This document shows positions 37,510 through 46,531 of a stretch of 64,000 nucleotides of DNA, in pieces (position 1 is the stretch's first letter; the number at the start of each line of letters is the position of its first letter). Source of the stretch: Candidatus Bathyarchaeia archaeon (GTDB lineage: Archaea; Thermoproteota; Bathyarchaeia; 40CM-2-53-6); contig JBEKFP010000001.1 of the NCBI GenBank assembly GCA_050013255.1, positions 1,312,001 to 1,376,000 on the forward strand. The letters run 5' to 3'. The position numbers were made by a program, and so were the translations under genes. The notes under the pieces are model-generated. The model saw only the letters and a program-made list of their open reading frames with translations, was not told the origin of the DNA and did not search any database.

Positions 37510-38715
37510 TTACTGTATTTCTTCTTCTCCTTCAGTCACGGTTATCCCACGTTTTCCAGACGCCAGTTCCTTCAAGAACTCGCTGGGCTCGACGCAAAGC
37601 TCAGGGGGCAGGGTGCCTCGTTTAGTTATTCTTCCCGATGCAAGCCACTGTGCGATTACGGAAGGGGGTGTTCCTGTGCCGACCGTCCCGCCGCCAATGT
37701 TCCACCGTTCGTTTGGAACGCTGACAGCGTCTACCCAAATCCTGACCCGCTTTCCATCACGCTTACCGAATCCCTCAACCCTTTGGCAGTCAACATCTAA
37801 TTCTACACTCGTGGGTTTCGGGAGGGAGTCAATGACCGAAGTTAACACGTCGTAGGGGACGATGTCTTGGCCCCTAACCTTGACGGGCGTCTTCTTAGTC
37901 AAACCCAGCTGGGTTAGGAGGACGATTGATTTTGTGAATTCGGGTGGGTATGCGACTATGAAATCCATTTCCTTGATCCCTTTTCCTATGTTGAACGGCA
38001 TCGTGGCTAGCTCAGAATGAATGGTGTAATACCCCTCCATCCTGCCGATGGGGTCGGGTAGTGTGAAAGATTCCTTTCCAGAAAGCGCCGGAATCTCTTG
38101 AATCCTCCCGTCGCGAAGTATGATCGGTGGGATTGTAAACTCATCCAGGACAGTTCGTATCGCGTAAGGGACCTGGAATCCTCCGCCTCCTTTGACGACC
38201 GTGGAGCCGCTGCGCAGTTTCATCACCTCCACCTCATCCAACTTTTCAGCGACGTAGGCTCCCATCACATTCATTGTTCCAGGCGTACTGCCCATTCCCA
38301 AAACGCAAGTAACATTCGCGTCATTCGCAGCCTTGTCCAACTCCAGCTGCTTCTTCGTCATGTGGTATAGTCCACCGAGGTCGAGGTAGTGTATGCCCGC
38401 TGAGATGGCTGCTTGCATGACCTGCAGGTTCAACTCGTACCAGGTCGAGTTAACAACCGCATCCCAGTCTCTCATAATCCCGGTTAACTGTGCGTTTTCA
38501 CGAGCGTCCGCGGACAGTGGGACGGCGCGTTCGTCTCCTAAACTTCGCGCCGCTGCTTCGGCTCGTTCAAGGCGCAGGTCCGCAACCCCTACTTTCTCTA
38601 CTTTGCTGTTCCCTAGCATGTTCCTGATTGTGACCTGAGCCATAGCTCCGGCTCCGCCAAGCACTAAGATTCGCAAATGAAATCGCCCCTCGTATGTCCT
38701 AACGGCATATTCCAC
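37510..38715 (-). CDS. Saccharopine dehydrogenase family oxidoreductase
   Basis: VLGGAGAM Rossmann motif, HYLDL, GMGSTPG, HSE; start may be slightly downstream. Confidence 0.88.
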   Translation of the reverse strand: MEYAVRTYEGRFHLRILVLGGAGAMAQVTIRNMLGNSKVEKVGVADLRLERAEAAARSLGDERAVPLSADARENAQLTGIMRDWDAVVNSTWYELNLQVMQAAISAGIHYLDLGGLYHMTKKQLELDKAANDANVTCVLGMGSTPGTMNVMGAYVAEKLDEVEVMKLRSGSTVVKGGGGFQVPYAIRTVLDEFTIPPIILRDGRIQEIPALSGKESFTLPDPIGRMEGYYTIHSELATMPFNIGKGIKEMDFIVAYPPEFTKSIVLLTQLGLTKKTPVKVRGQDIVPYDVLTSVIDSLPKPTSVELDVDCQRVEGFGKRDGKRVRIWVDAVSVPNERWNIGGGTVGTGTPPSVIAQWLASGRITKRGTLPPELCVEPSEFLKELASGKRGITVTEGEEEIQ

Positions 38716-38770
38716 CAGGTGGAAATAGCCTTATCAGACTTTATCCCGTAGAGCTAAAGGTTGATGAATA

Positions 38771-39370
38771 ATGGGCCTCCTTCGTTCTATCCTTGTCGGC
38801 CTGCTCGTTCTTGTCGCCGTTGTTTCAGTTGCTTTCATAGGATACAGTGGCCTGAACCCTCACGTAGTAACTGTGACACAACAGCAACTTCTAACAAACA
38901 CTCAGAGCCTTTTCAGCACACAAACGGTGACCAGCCTTAGTATGGTAACGAGTTTTCAAACGGTCACAAGCGCAACAACCGCTGGGTTTGGAAATGTTTA
39001 CACTGGGCCTGGGTACGGGTACAATCCGAATTACCCGAACTGTTCGTATTATGGATGCTACTACACACCACCCGCCTACGCTTCTATCTCTGATCTCTGC
39101 AAGACGACAGGCCAGAATAGTACGGTTCAATGCTCCGGCTACCTTCACGAAGCCTCGAGCGCGTGCACAGAACTTGCAATTCCCTACTACAACCCGGACA
39201 TTTTGGAGTCAACGGCCTACCTGTACTTGACGTTGTACAATCTGCCGTCAAACCATCCTGCAAGCGGCGCATGGGTGACGGTGACCGGGGAGCTCAACCA
39301 AGGCTACTCTCCAGGGTCCTATGGCGTACTTTGCACAAGTAACTACATCAACGTGGCTTCAATATCATAA
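38771..39370 (+). CDS. Secreted/membrane-anchored Thr/Tyr-rich hypothetical protein
   Basis: N-terminal TM helix, Thr-rich linker. Confidence 0.65.
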   Translation: MGLLRSILVGLLVLVAVVSVAFIGYSGLNPHVVTVTQQQLLTNTQSLFSTQTVTSLSMVTSFQTVTSATTAGFGNVYTGPGYGYNPNYPNCSYYGCYYTPPAYASISDLCKTTGQNSTVQCSGYLHEASSACTELAIPYYNPDILESTAYLYLTLYNLPSNHPASGAWVTVTGELNQGYSPGSYGVLCTSNYINVASIS

Positions 39371-39492
39371 AGAAAAAAGAGTCAGCTGGCCAACTAACAA
39401 TTATATTCAAGCCATGCTAGGCTGCGCCTACGACTCACCTAAAGTGGCTTCATTTTATATTAAACCTCAGCTAATGAAGGGATGATGTCACT

Positions 39493-39870
39493 TTGTTTGA
39501 AGGTATCGTCGGCCTAATTATCCAACTAATAATCGCCGGTATCATCGGCGGCATCTTCGTTTGGTTGGCAGGGAAAGCTCTAGGAGCACCAAGGGCCACC
39601 TATTGGCATGGGATTCTAATCGTTGTTTCAGCGATAATCCTCAGTGACATCATAGGTTACTTCCTGGGCGGTCTCGGCTGGATTAAGACCATCATAGAAA
39701 TTATCGTAATCCTTCTGCTGATCAAACACTTCTTCGCGGTCGGATGGATAAAGGCAATTGTAATTGCAATCTTGGCTGTGATCATAGCGATCATAGTCAC
39801 CTTTGTCCTTGCCCTGCTCGGGCTTGCCTTCGCCGCCACAGCACTGAAGGGCCTAATCCCAGGACTATAA
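39493..39870 (+). CDS. Small integral membrane protein
   Basis: Four hydrophobic helices. Confidence 0.7.
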   Translation: MFEGIVGLIIQLIIAGIIGGIFVWLAGKALGAPRATYWHGILIVVSAIILSDIIGYFLGGLGWIKTIIEIIVILLLIKHFFAVGWIKAIVIAILAVIIAIIVTFVLALLGLAFAATALKGLIPGL

Positions 39871-40680
39871 TCGTCTCGCCTTACAGGGCGAGACTACGTC
39901 CTTATGCTTCGCAGGGGGGACTGATTTGGTAGATTTCTTATCATTCGGTCTTTTCTTACTCAAGAGCAGTGCGCCGATAAGGCACGTCACCAATGTGACG
40001 GGAACAACCTGCGGCAGGATCTCCGGAGTAGGAATGGCGGGGGCGTAAACTAGGCCCAACACCCCGTTACCCTGCACAGTCACGTCGGTAATGTATGAAG
40101 TCTGATTATCCACGGTGATCTGACCTTGAGTGAACCATTTTACGAAGGAATCGGACGCGTTACGGGGCGCTGCTTCAGCAACGTAGCTTCCCACTGGCAA
40201 AGTGGCATTCTGTCCATCCGTCAAGCAGATGGGGCCGGAGGCGTTTGCGTAATTTAGGAAGCAAACAAAGCCCCGGGTACCGGTGAAGGTGACGATTCCT
40301 TCAGTTTGAGTTGCCGGCAGGAAGACGGCAGCCAGGTTGCCGTCCCCGTTCACCTCGAGCAGCGTATTATTGCCTTGAATGTCCCTTACTGTGACATTGC
40401 CCTGGGTGATCCAGTGGCTGAACGTCGCGGAGCTGGCATTGTAAAGGAAGGCTGCGAGCGTATAGTTTCCGAAGTCTAAGGTGAAGTTCTGGCTTTCCGC
40501 CAAGCAATAAAGCTTGGTGCTGTTGGAGTCGAATATGCATGCATACCCTAAGTTGCCGCCTGTGTATCTTATGTTCGCGGCCGTCTGTGAATGCACCGGT
40601 GCTACCGATACCATAAAAATCAGAAGCGCTACAATCGAGAGGGTAAGGAAGAGTTTGTTCAAAGTCTTGAAGCTCCGCAC
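39865..40680 (-). CDS. Surface glycoprotein with internal repeat and PEF-CTERM-like anchor
   Basis: Signal peptide; duplicated FxxWxTQG...GxGxL repeat; many N-x-S/T sequons; TPE + TM + basic tail. Confidence 0.7.
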   Translation of the reverse strand: MRSFKTLNKLFLTLSIVALLIFMVSVAPVHSQTAANIRYTGGNLGYACIFDSNSTKLYCLAESQNFTLDFGNYTLAAFLYNASSATFSHWITQGNVTVRDIQGNNTLLEVNGDGNLAAVFLPATQTEGIVTFTGTRGFVCFLNYANASGPICLTDGQNATLPVGSYVAEAAPRNASDSFVKWFTQGQITVDNQTSYITDVTVQGNGVLGLVYAPAIPTPEILPQVVPVTLVTCLIGALLLSKKRPNDKKSTKSVPPAKHKDVVSPCKARRL

Positions 40681-40914
40681 AAAGTTGTTTTTCGCAATTT
40701 ATGGTAACCATGACCATGTGAACTGAACTAAGCGAGTTAGAGGAAATTGAAAGGAGAGCTCAATTTTAAGGTCGCGATGAATGGATGGCGCAATTAACCA
40801 TGCCGTCCATACAGAACCATCGGCCCATCAGTTGCCAGTTCGATCAAATGGCTAACTGCTAACTGGGTGTGGGCTCTTCGAGATTGCCCTCAGGCCTTTT
40901 ACAAGTTTGAATAT

Positions 40915-40990
40915 GGGTTCTGACCCCAATTTACCGGTACATATAACTCGGTTCAAATTTGCTTGCCCGCACCAGCTGACCCACACACAC
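40915..40990 (+). repeat. Leader repeat (copy 3, inverted) + core cgcaccagctgacc (40968-40981) + (CA)n
   Basis: ttctgaccccaatttaccggtacatataactc-ggttcaaat-ttgcttgccc-gcacca. Confidence 0.92.
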
Positions 40991-43396
40991 ATCAAACGAA
41001 CGACGTTCCGATTTTGAACGGCCGCGCCAGTGATATTACAGACTAAGCGAGGCTTCTATTTTGTTAGGCCACACTGTTTCCTGAGCTTCTTCACCAGTTC
41101 CAGGTATCGGGGGTCGGCCCTTGCCCTGGCGAAGAGGGGCGAGTACGTCACCGCTGAAACAACTAATGCACGGGCTTCGAGGGCCGTGTTCAAGTACTCG
41201 AAGAAGGAGTCGAGGTCTCCGAGAGCATGGTAGACGTACGCGATGAAGTTGAAGCCTACTGGACCCGGTTTGGCGTCCTCAATCTTCTTGATCGCGAGGA
41301 GCGCCTTCTCGCTGTCGCCCTCCATGGCCGCGATGAACCCGCCCATCCAGGTGACCCGAGGATTGGTGGGATCGAGCTTCTCCAATTTCGCAAGGAGCTC
41401 CTTAGCCTTCTCTAGGTCCCCTTTGGCTAGGTAGTACTCCGTCATACCCCTGTACGCGAACGCCGGCGCCAGCTGCTCACCCTTCTTCCAGAACTCCAAC
41501 GCCTCCTGCTCCCTCCCAGTCCAGAGATATGCCTCCCCGACACGGTAGATGAAGTCGGGTCTGATGGGGTCCAGTCGGTAGGCTGTCTCGATCTGTCCAA
41601 CCATCTCCCCCGGATCTCCTTTGAGTGCCGCCAGCTCGAACAGGTTCCAGTAGGGGTCTGGAAGGTTAGGGTTGAGTTCCAGCGCCCTTCTGGCCTCCGC
41701 CTCTGAACCGACGACGTCGTCCTCGTTGAAGAGCATGGTCGAGAGCGACGAGTGGGCCTCCGGAAGGTTCGGGTCGAGGTTGAGGGCGCGCTCCAGTAGT
41801 CGCCTCACAGTCGCGACGGAGATGTCAACGGGCTCACTTCCTTTGTCAGAAAGTAATTGGTGACATTCTGCCTCGCCCACGTACGCTCTCGCGAATCTGG
41901 GATCCAGCTCGATGGCCTTCTCGAAGAGAGCTATGGCCTGCCTAAGTGAAGCCTCGGTCTGCTCCCTCAACAGTTCCCTGCCCCGCAGGAAGCAGGTGTA
42001 CGCCTCAGTGTTCTCGGTAGGCTTCTTCTCCAGGGTTCTCTTCTCAGAGTCGAGGAGCTGGGTCTTGAGTTCTCCGGCGACCTTCTCAGCTATCTCGCTT
42101 TGGACGGCGAAGATGTCGTCCAGATTCTTGTCGTAGTGGGAAGACCAGAGGTGTTCTTCTGTTCCGGCGTTGATCAGCTGGACTGTGACCCTGATTCGGT
42201 TGCCTGCTTTCCTCACGCTGCCTTCTATCAGAGCCCCGATATTCAGTTCCTTTCCTACTTCCGAGGCTCCCTTCTGAGAGCCCTTGTACTTCATCACCGA
42301 CGTTCGAGCTATGACCCTCAGACTCTTCACTTGGGCAAGCCTGTCAATCAGCTCCTCAGTCATGCCGTCCGCGAAGTACCCATCTTCAGGGTTGGAACTC
42401 AGGTTTGCAAAAGGCAGAACTGCAATCCGCCTCTTGTCCAGGCCCAATCCGGTAGCCTCCTGTCTCTCGGCGGCTAACCCTTCAAGTGGAAACTCTTTCT
42501 CCGCGGTTTCGATTCCATGCATCCACTTGATTCGTAGGTACTTCCGCGTTCCGCCTTCAGATTCCTTCTCGAAGATCTCAACGTTGCCGTCGAAAAGGTC
42601 CACGACTGCCTGAACGTCCTCGGCTGAATGCATGTACGGGTTGAGGACGGATAGGGTTGTGATACTCTTCGACCGCAGCCGTTCAAGAAGTTCCGTAAGC
42701 CATTTCCGTGTCTGCAACGCCTTATGGCGAAGCAGAATGTCCGAGAGGATGTTGATAACCAAACGTTTCGGTTGAGTTGAAGCGATAACTTCATTGATTT
42801 GTAGGTTTACGTCCGTTAGGTTCTCGATTCCCTTCCCTGGGATGATGTTTCTTGCTGGTGAGACGGGTTTATCGCTGCAAACCAACGACCTGACATTCTT
42901 ACCCATATTTTGCGTAATCGTTTCGGCTGAGGAAATCGTGCGGCATATCAGTAGGGCCTCTTCCTTTGAGGCTCTGAGGAAGTTTGCAACGAGAAGCGGA
43001 ACCTCATCACTTGCAGCGGCATTCAAAACGATGGAAGAAGCTGCGAGAAAGCCGCCTTGAAGCGCTTCATCCAGCCTACCGTAACCAGTCGAAACCTTCG
43101 TGCTCACAGAACTGGCTGAGACGCCTTCAGAAGTCATATAACTCGCCATCAGTCACGACCTGCCAGATATACTAACTCCCGATAAGAGTTCTGCTTCACA
43201 TCCGCCTCCGCATTCTACACCTTGACGAAGCTTCCCCAGATAGTTACACAAGGATTGATGTTTGCTGGTGCTTTGGAAACGGCGGTCCTATCACAGACGG
43301 ACTGTCGATTCTAACCATTGTTCTCTTGTGTGTGGTATCACTGGTGCGTCCGTTCAAAATCGGAACGTCGTTCGTCTAGTTGTGTGTGTGTGTGCG
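40982..43396. mobile_element. Non-autonomous single-gene cassette (2.4 kb)
   Basis: ~55-bp inverted ends (acgaacgacgttccgattttgaacgg at 40996-41021 and its reverse complement at 43350-43375); identical 14-bp flanking direct repeats. Confidence 0.8.
41056..43149 (-). CDS. Fusion of degenerate KaiC-like domain, TolB-N-like domain (as in adenylate-cyclase/kinase fusions) and TPR repeats
   Basis: STGYGRLD..GGF; IAVLPFANLS...YFADGMTEELI, EGSVRKAGNRIRVTVQLI; TPR repeats. Confidence 0.85.
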   Translation of the reverse strand: MASYMTSEGVSASSVSTKVSTGYGRLDEALQGGFLAASSIVLNAAASDEVPLLVANFLRASKEEALLICRTISSAETITQNMGKNVRSLVCSDKPVSPARNIIPGKGIENLTDVNLQINEVIASTQPKRLVINILSDILLRHKALQTRKWLTELLERLRSKSITTLSVLNPYMHSAEDVQAVVDLFDGNVEIFEKESEGGTRKYLRIKWMHGIETAEKEFPLEGLAAERQEATGLGLDKRRIAVLPFANLSSNPEDGYFADGMTEELIDRLAQVKSLRVIARTSVMKYKGSQKGASEVGKELNIGALIEGSVRKAGNRIRVTVQLINAGTEEHLWSSHYDKNLDDIFAVQSEIAEKVAGELKTQLLDSEKRTLEKKPTENTEAYTCFLRGRELLREQTEASLRQAIALFEKAIELDPRFARAYVGEAECHQLLSDKGSEPVDISVATVRRLLERALNLDPNLPEAHSSLSTMLFNEDDVVGSEAEARRALELNPNLPDPYWNLFELAALKGDPGEMVGQIETAYRLDPIRPDFIYRVGEAYLWTGREQEALEFWKKGEQLAPAFAYRGMTEYYLAKGDLEKAKELLAKLEKLDPTNPRVTWMGGFIAAMEGDSEKALLAIKKIEDAKPGPVGFNFIAYVYHALGDLDSFFEYLNTALEARALVVSAVTYSPLFARARADPRYLELVKKLRKQCGLTK

Positions 43397-43483
43397 CGCA
43401 CCAGCTGACCACACACACACTTTTCCAAACGACGACGTACGACGGTTCAAATTACGACGCCCGCACCACCAGTACCACACACA
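43327..43483. repeat. Cluster of three junction/target cores (43335-48 minus, 43397-410 plus, 43462-75 plus) joined by two linker modules
   Basis: Read directly from the sequence. Confidence 0.92.
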
Positions 43484-43486
43484 TTT

Positions 43487-44224
43487 CTACTGAACTATCG
43501 TTACTTCGCCGGTCTCTGAAACGTTCAGTCGTTGCCATCGTGAGTCGAATTTCTTACCGCGCATTCTTCTGATCCGCACAAGTTGCGTGATCTCTCCCTC
43601 TTTATCTTCACATTTGAAGTCGATAATTCCATCGTTAATCGTCTCAAACTGAGAGCGAAACGTTTCCGACACTGTTCCCTTCAGGATTGAATAAATGGTT
43701 ACGTTCTGAAGGGGTCTTGAGAAAGGAATATGTCTCGTTCGCCAAAAATCCAGCACATTAATCTCGGCATTGTATCTTGTCATAATGGCAGTGTTATCAT
43801 CGACATGTACCCACCACTTTTCGCCCTCAGGAATTCCCTTCTCTCTTCCCTTCTTGACGAATTGGGCGTGGTTGATGCTTAGGTCAGGAATCTTCAGTGA
43901 TTTGGCGACCGGATCCTCCTGCTCAACGGGATTTAGTCCCCCCATCTGCACAGTAAGACTGTCCACGATCCGGAACAAACCGTCATCTTGAAGCTTGGCA
44001 AGGTCTAATCCGAATTTTCTCAGATCGTGTTCTATATCGGCCGGAGGGTGCTGGAATGTATGGTACAATGCCTTGTGGTCGTTCCTTAGTGCCTGGGCTG
44101 TAATCGTTAGCGAAGCTTCGTACCATGCGGAGTCTGGCTCGAATTCTACCAGTAAATTGCTGCCAAATTCAACGCCATCTGGAAGAAGTCGTTCAAAGAT
44201 GGGAATGAACAGATTTGTTAGCAA
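43487..44224 (-). CDS. KaiC/RAD55-like protein with degenerate Walker A
   Basis: EFEPDSAW, DGIIDF, RIRRMRG; start placed at TTG 44224 because the ORF-track extension runs through the repeats. Confidence 0.8.
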   Translation of the reverse strand: MLTNLFIPIFERLLPDGVEFGSNLLVEFEPDSAWYEASLTITAQALRNDHKALYHTFQHPPADIEHDLRKFGLDLAKLQDDGLFRIVDSLTVQMGGLNPVEQEDPVAKSLKIPDLSINHAQFVKKGREKGIPEGEKWWVHVDDNTAIMTRYNAEINVLDFWRTRHIPFSRPLQNVTIYSILKGTVSETFRSQFETINDGIIDFKCEDKEGEITQLVRIRRMRGKKFDSRWQRLNVSETGEVTIVQ

Positions 44225-44292
44225 ATCCCTTGTCCAATATCTGATAACTCCGAATAGCTTGAATTTCTGTCTTCCGATTACGCGCCCCAGTT

Positions 44293-44383
44293 GTGTGTGC
44301 CTACAATGGTGCGAGCATCGAAATTTGAACCGTCGTCCGTCGTCTTTAGAAAGTGTGTGTGGTATGCTGGTGCGCACACACAC
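44293..44383 (-). repeat. Two cores (44300-13, 44361-74) joined by a linker module
   Basis: gtgtgtg-cctacaatggtgcg-agcatcgaaatttgaaccgtcgtccgtcgtctttagaaa-gtgtgtgt-ggtatgctggtgcg-cacacacac. Confidence 0.92.
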
Positions 44384-44400
44384 AGAAAATCCTGAGGCCT

Positions 44401-45102
44401 CTACTTGTCGAGGGTGACTTCGAAATTGTCACCGATCTTGACTTGATGCCAGTGTGAATCGAAGTGCGCGTCCCTCATGCTCCTTATTCGAATCATGGTT
44501 CTTGTCTCTTCGGCTACTTCTTCGAGTTTGAAATCTATGATCCCGTCAGCAGCTGCTTCCAACTGCTTGTAGACAGAGTCGCTGTGAAAGCCCCTAATCA
44601 ACCCCGCTAAGTTCGTCGATTTACGCAACTTCTGGGCTGGAAAGTTTCTTGTGAGCAGATACTCAACCCATGACCGCTCATCGTTGAACCTAGCGAATGT
44701 TGAGATGTTGTCGGCGATTCTCAACCAGTTAGGATCAGGTGGCTCGCGCATGACCTGTCTCGAAAAGACTATGTTTAGATCGGCAGCCTTCAACGATTCC
44801 TGCGAATACTTCTCACTTGATTTGAGACCCAGCGTAGCCGTGTACCAATCCTGAATACGAAGTTTGTCTTCCTTTTCGAGGCTTTCGACACTAACCCCGA
44901 GTCTGCTAAGTTTGGAACGAATGTCATCCGGTGTTTGGGTGAATAAGTTGTAACTGACTTTCCCTCCCTGCTTGAGCCATCCTGCCGCGATCGTCAGAGA
45001 CGCATTGATCCATTGCGACGCAGGATCAAACTCCACTAACAGCATGGAACCGCCCGGGACGGGGTCGGTAGTCAAATCCTCTATCATAGGAATCTTGGGC
45101 AA
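44401..45102 (-). CDS. KaiC/RAD55-like protein with degenerate Walker A
   Basis: Paralog of 17501-18202, same length (233 aa). Confidence 0.8.
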   Translation of the reverse strand: MPKIPMIEDLTTDPVPGGSMLLVEFDPASQWINASLTIAAGWLKQGGKVSYNLFTQTPDDIRSKLSRLGVSVESLEKEDKLRIQDWYTATLGLKSSEKYSQESLKAADLNIVFSRQVMREPPDPNWLRIADNISTFARFNDERSWVEYLLTRNFPAQKLRKSTNLAGLIRGFHSDSVYKQLEAAADGIIDFKLEEVAEETRTMIRIRSMRDAHFDSHWHQVKIGDNFEVTLDK

Positions 45103-45153
45103 GTTCGGAGCACACAGTGGTCATGTGTCGAGTTTACAGATTTGGCGTTTTCT

Positions 45154-45185
45154 GTGTGTGTGCGCACCAGCTGACCCACACACAC
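45154..45185 (+). repeat. Junction site (TG)n - cgcaccagctgacc (45163-76) - (CA)n
   Basis: Core identical to 40968-81 and 43397-410. Confidence 0.95.
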
Positions 45186-45239
45186 AGATCCCTCCGTTTG
45201 GAGCCAAGAGTTATCATCTAGAGTTAGAGGCTCACACGA

Positions 45240-46001
45240 CTAAAGTGCTGAAAAAGTGAGGTAGGCTCCGACTGTAATCAGAACAAGGCCGATAGTTCGC
45301 TTCACGTTTGTCTGACTCAGCCTTTGAGACCCAAAATAGCTTCCCAGCTGAGCTGACACAAGTAAAACTGGGATAGTCGGAAGGAATACCGGCGACGAGA
45401 AGATCAAGCCACCCAGCCGCGGTATTCTAGCCACTATGCCTGACACGGAATTGAGAAGAATAAACACTGTCGTAGTTGCCGCCGTCGTCTTAGGCTTAGC
45501 CATCCCCGCCAAGATCAGGACAGGGGCCAAATACACACCGCCACCAATCCCAGTCAGCCCAGCAACAGCTCCGATGACCATGCCGATCATTATCTTGAAC
45601 GGCCATTTCAGATCAAAGTGACCTAACGGGAATGTAATGAGAATCAAACTAGCTCCACCACAAGTAATCGCCAACCCCATGACGATTTTCAGCAAGACGT
45701 CAGGCAGAACAAATAAGCCTGCAAGGAACGCTGCTGGAACAGAGCCGACAATAAACCACGCGAGGTCGCGTGAGAAATGCACGCGCCATCGAAATATCGA
45801 ACTGGAGGCAGACACGACATTAAACAACAAACCGCCAAAAGAGGACTGTGCGGCTGACAATCCGATTAGGAGCAAGATCGCGGTAAACGTCGAGCCACCC
45901 GCAAACCCAGCTAACGTGTAGAACAAACTAGCCAACCCTAACAGAACTACGATAATGACCGCGCCGAAGGCTTCCAATTGAAATCCAGACAGCCAGTTCA
46001 C
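45240..46001 (-). CDS. TauE/SafE family sulfite exporter
   Basis: GFAGG and GLTGIGGG duplicated motifs, multi-TM. Confidence 0.88.
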   Translation of the reverse strand: MNWLSGFQLEAFGAVIIVVLLGLASLFYTLAGFAGGSTFTAILLLIGLSAAQSSFGGLLFNVVSASSSIFRWRVHFSRDLAWFIVGSVPAAFLAGLFVLPDVLLKIVMGLAITCGGASLILITFPLGHFDLKWPFKIMIGMVIGAVAGLTGIGGGVYLAPVLILAGMAKPKTTAATTTVFILLNSVSGIVARIPRLGGLIFSSPVFLPTIPVLLVSAQLGSYFGSQRLSQTNVKRTIGLVLITVGAYLTFSAL

Positions 46002-46070
46002 GGCGTCGGCATAAGCCTTGGTAAGCAGAAACGATTACATTCGAGCAGAGTTTTGTGCTTATGAAAGTGT

Positions 46071-46490
46071 TTGACTAAGTTCAAGCCGCCAAGCACAATA
46101 TTGACCCAGAGACAATGGCAAGTCATACGGCTTAGAGCAACAGGCCTTACGCAAATGCAAGTTGCAAAACGCCTTCACACAAGTCGAGAGAACATCAGCA
46201 TCATCGAACATCGTGCCTACGAAAACGTGAGGGCGGCGAAGGCTACCCTTGAGGCACTAGAACAGGTCTCAGACTCCAGAGAATTGATCATACCAAGTGG
46301 AACGAGCATCTTCGACGCCACATCCACGGTTCTACGTAAGGGAGACATGTTGCGAACAAAGCTGAAAATGAACGCTGATTCAATTCTAGCCATGTTACGA
46401 TCCCGATGTAAACACAAGATACGTGGGCATCATTTGACATCAGCAATCCGAATTGAGATCACCGAAGACGGCACTGTCAGAATGAGGTAA
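46071..46490 (+). CDS. Tfx-family DNA-binding protein
   Basis: LTQRQ..GLTQ..VAKRLHTSRENISIIE.RA. Confidence 0.85.
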   Translation: MTKFKPPSTILTQRQWQVIRLRATGLTQMQVAKRLHTSRENISIIEHRAYENVRAAKATLEALEQVSDSRELIIPSGTSIFDATSTVLRKGDMLRTKLKMNADSILAMLRSRCKHKIRGHHLTSAIRIEITEDGTVRMR

Positions 46491-46531
46491 AATTATTTCG
46501 ACTCATAACTGGATGTTTCAACGCCGGTTTT

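Noticed and set aside
40915-40981. Intact tRNA gene at the GGTTCAAAT...CCA sites
   Set aside because: No T-stem, acceptor-stem or anticodon-arm pairing can be built upstream.
44225-44383. N-terminal extension of ORF 43487-44383 (and similarly 14546-14710, 2155-2244)
   Set aside because: These extensions run through repeat or pseudogene sequence; family homology begins at the downstream starts.
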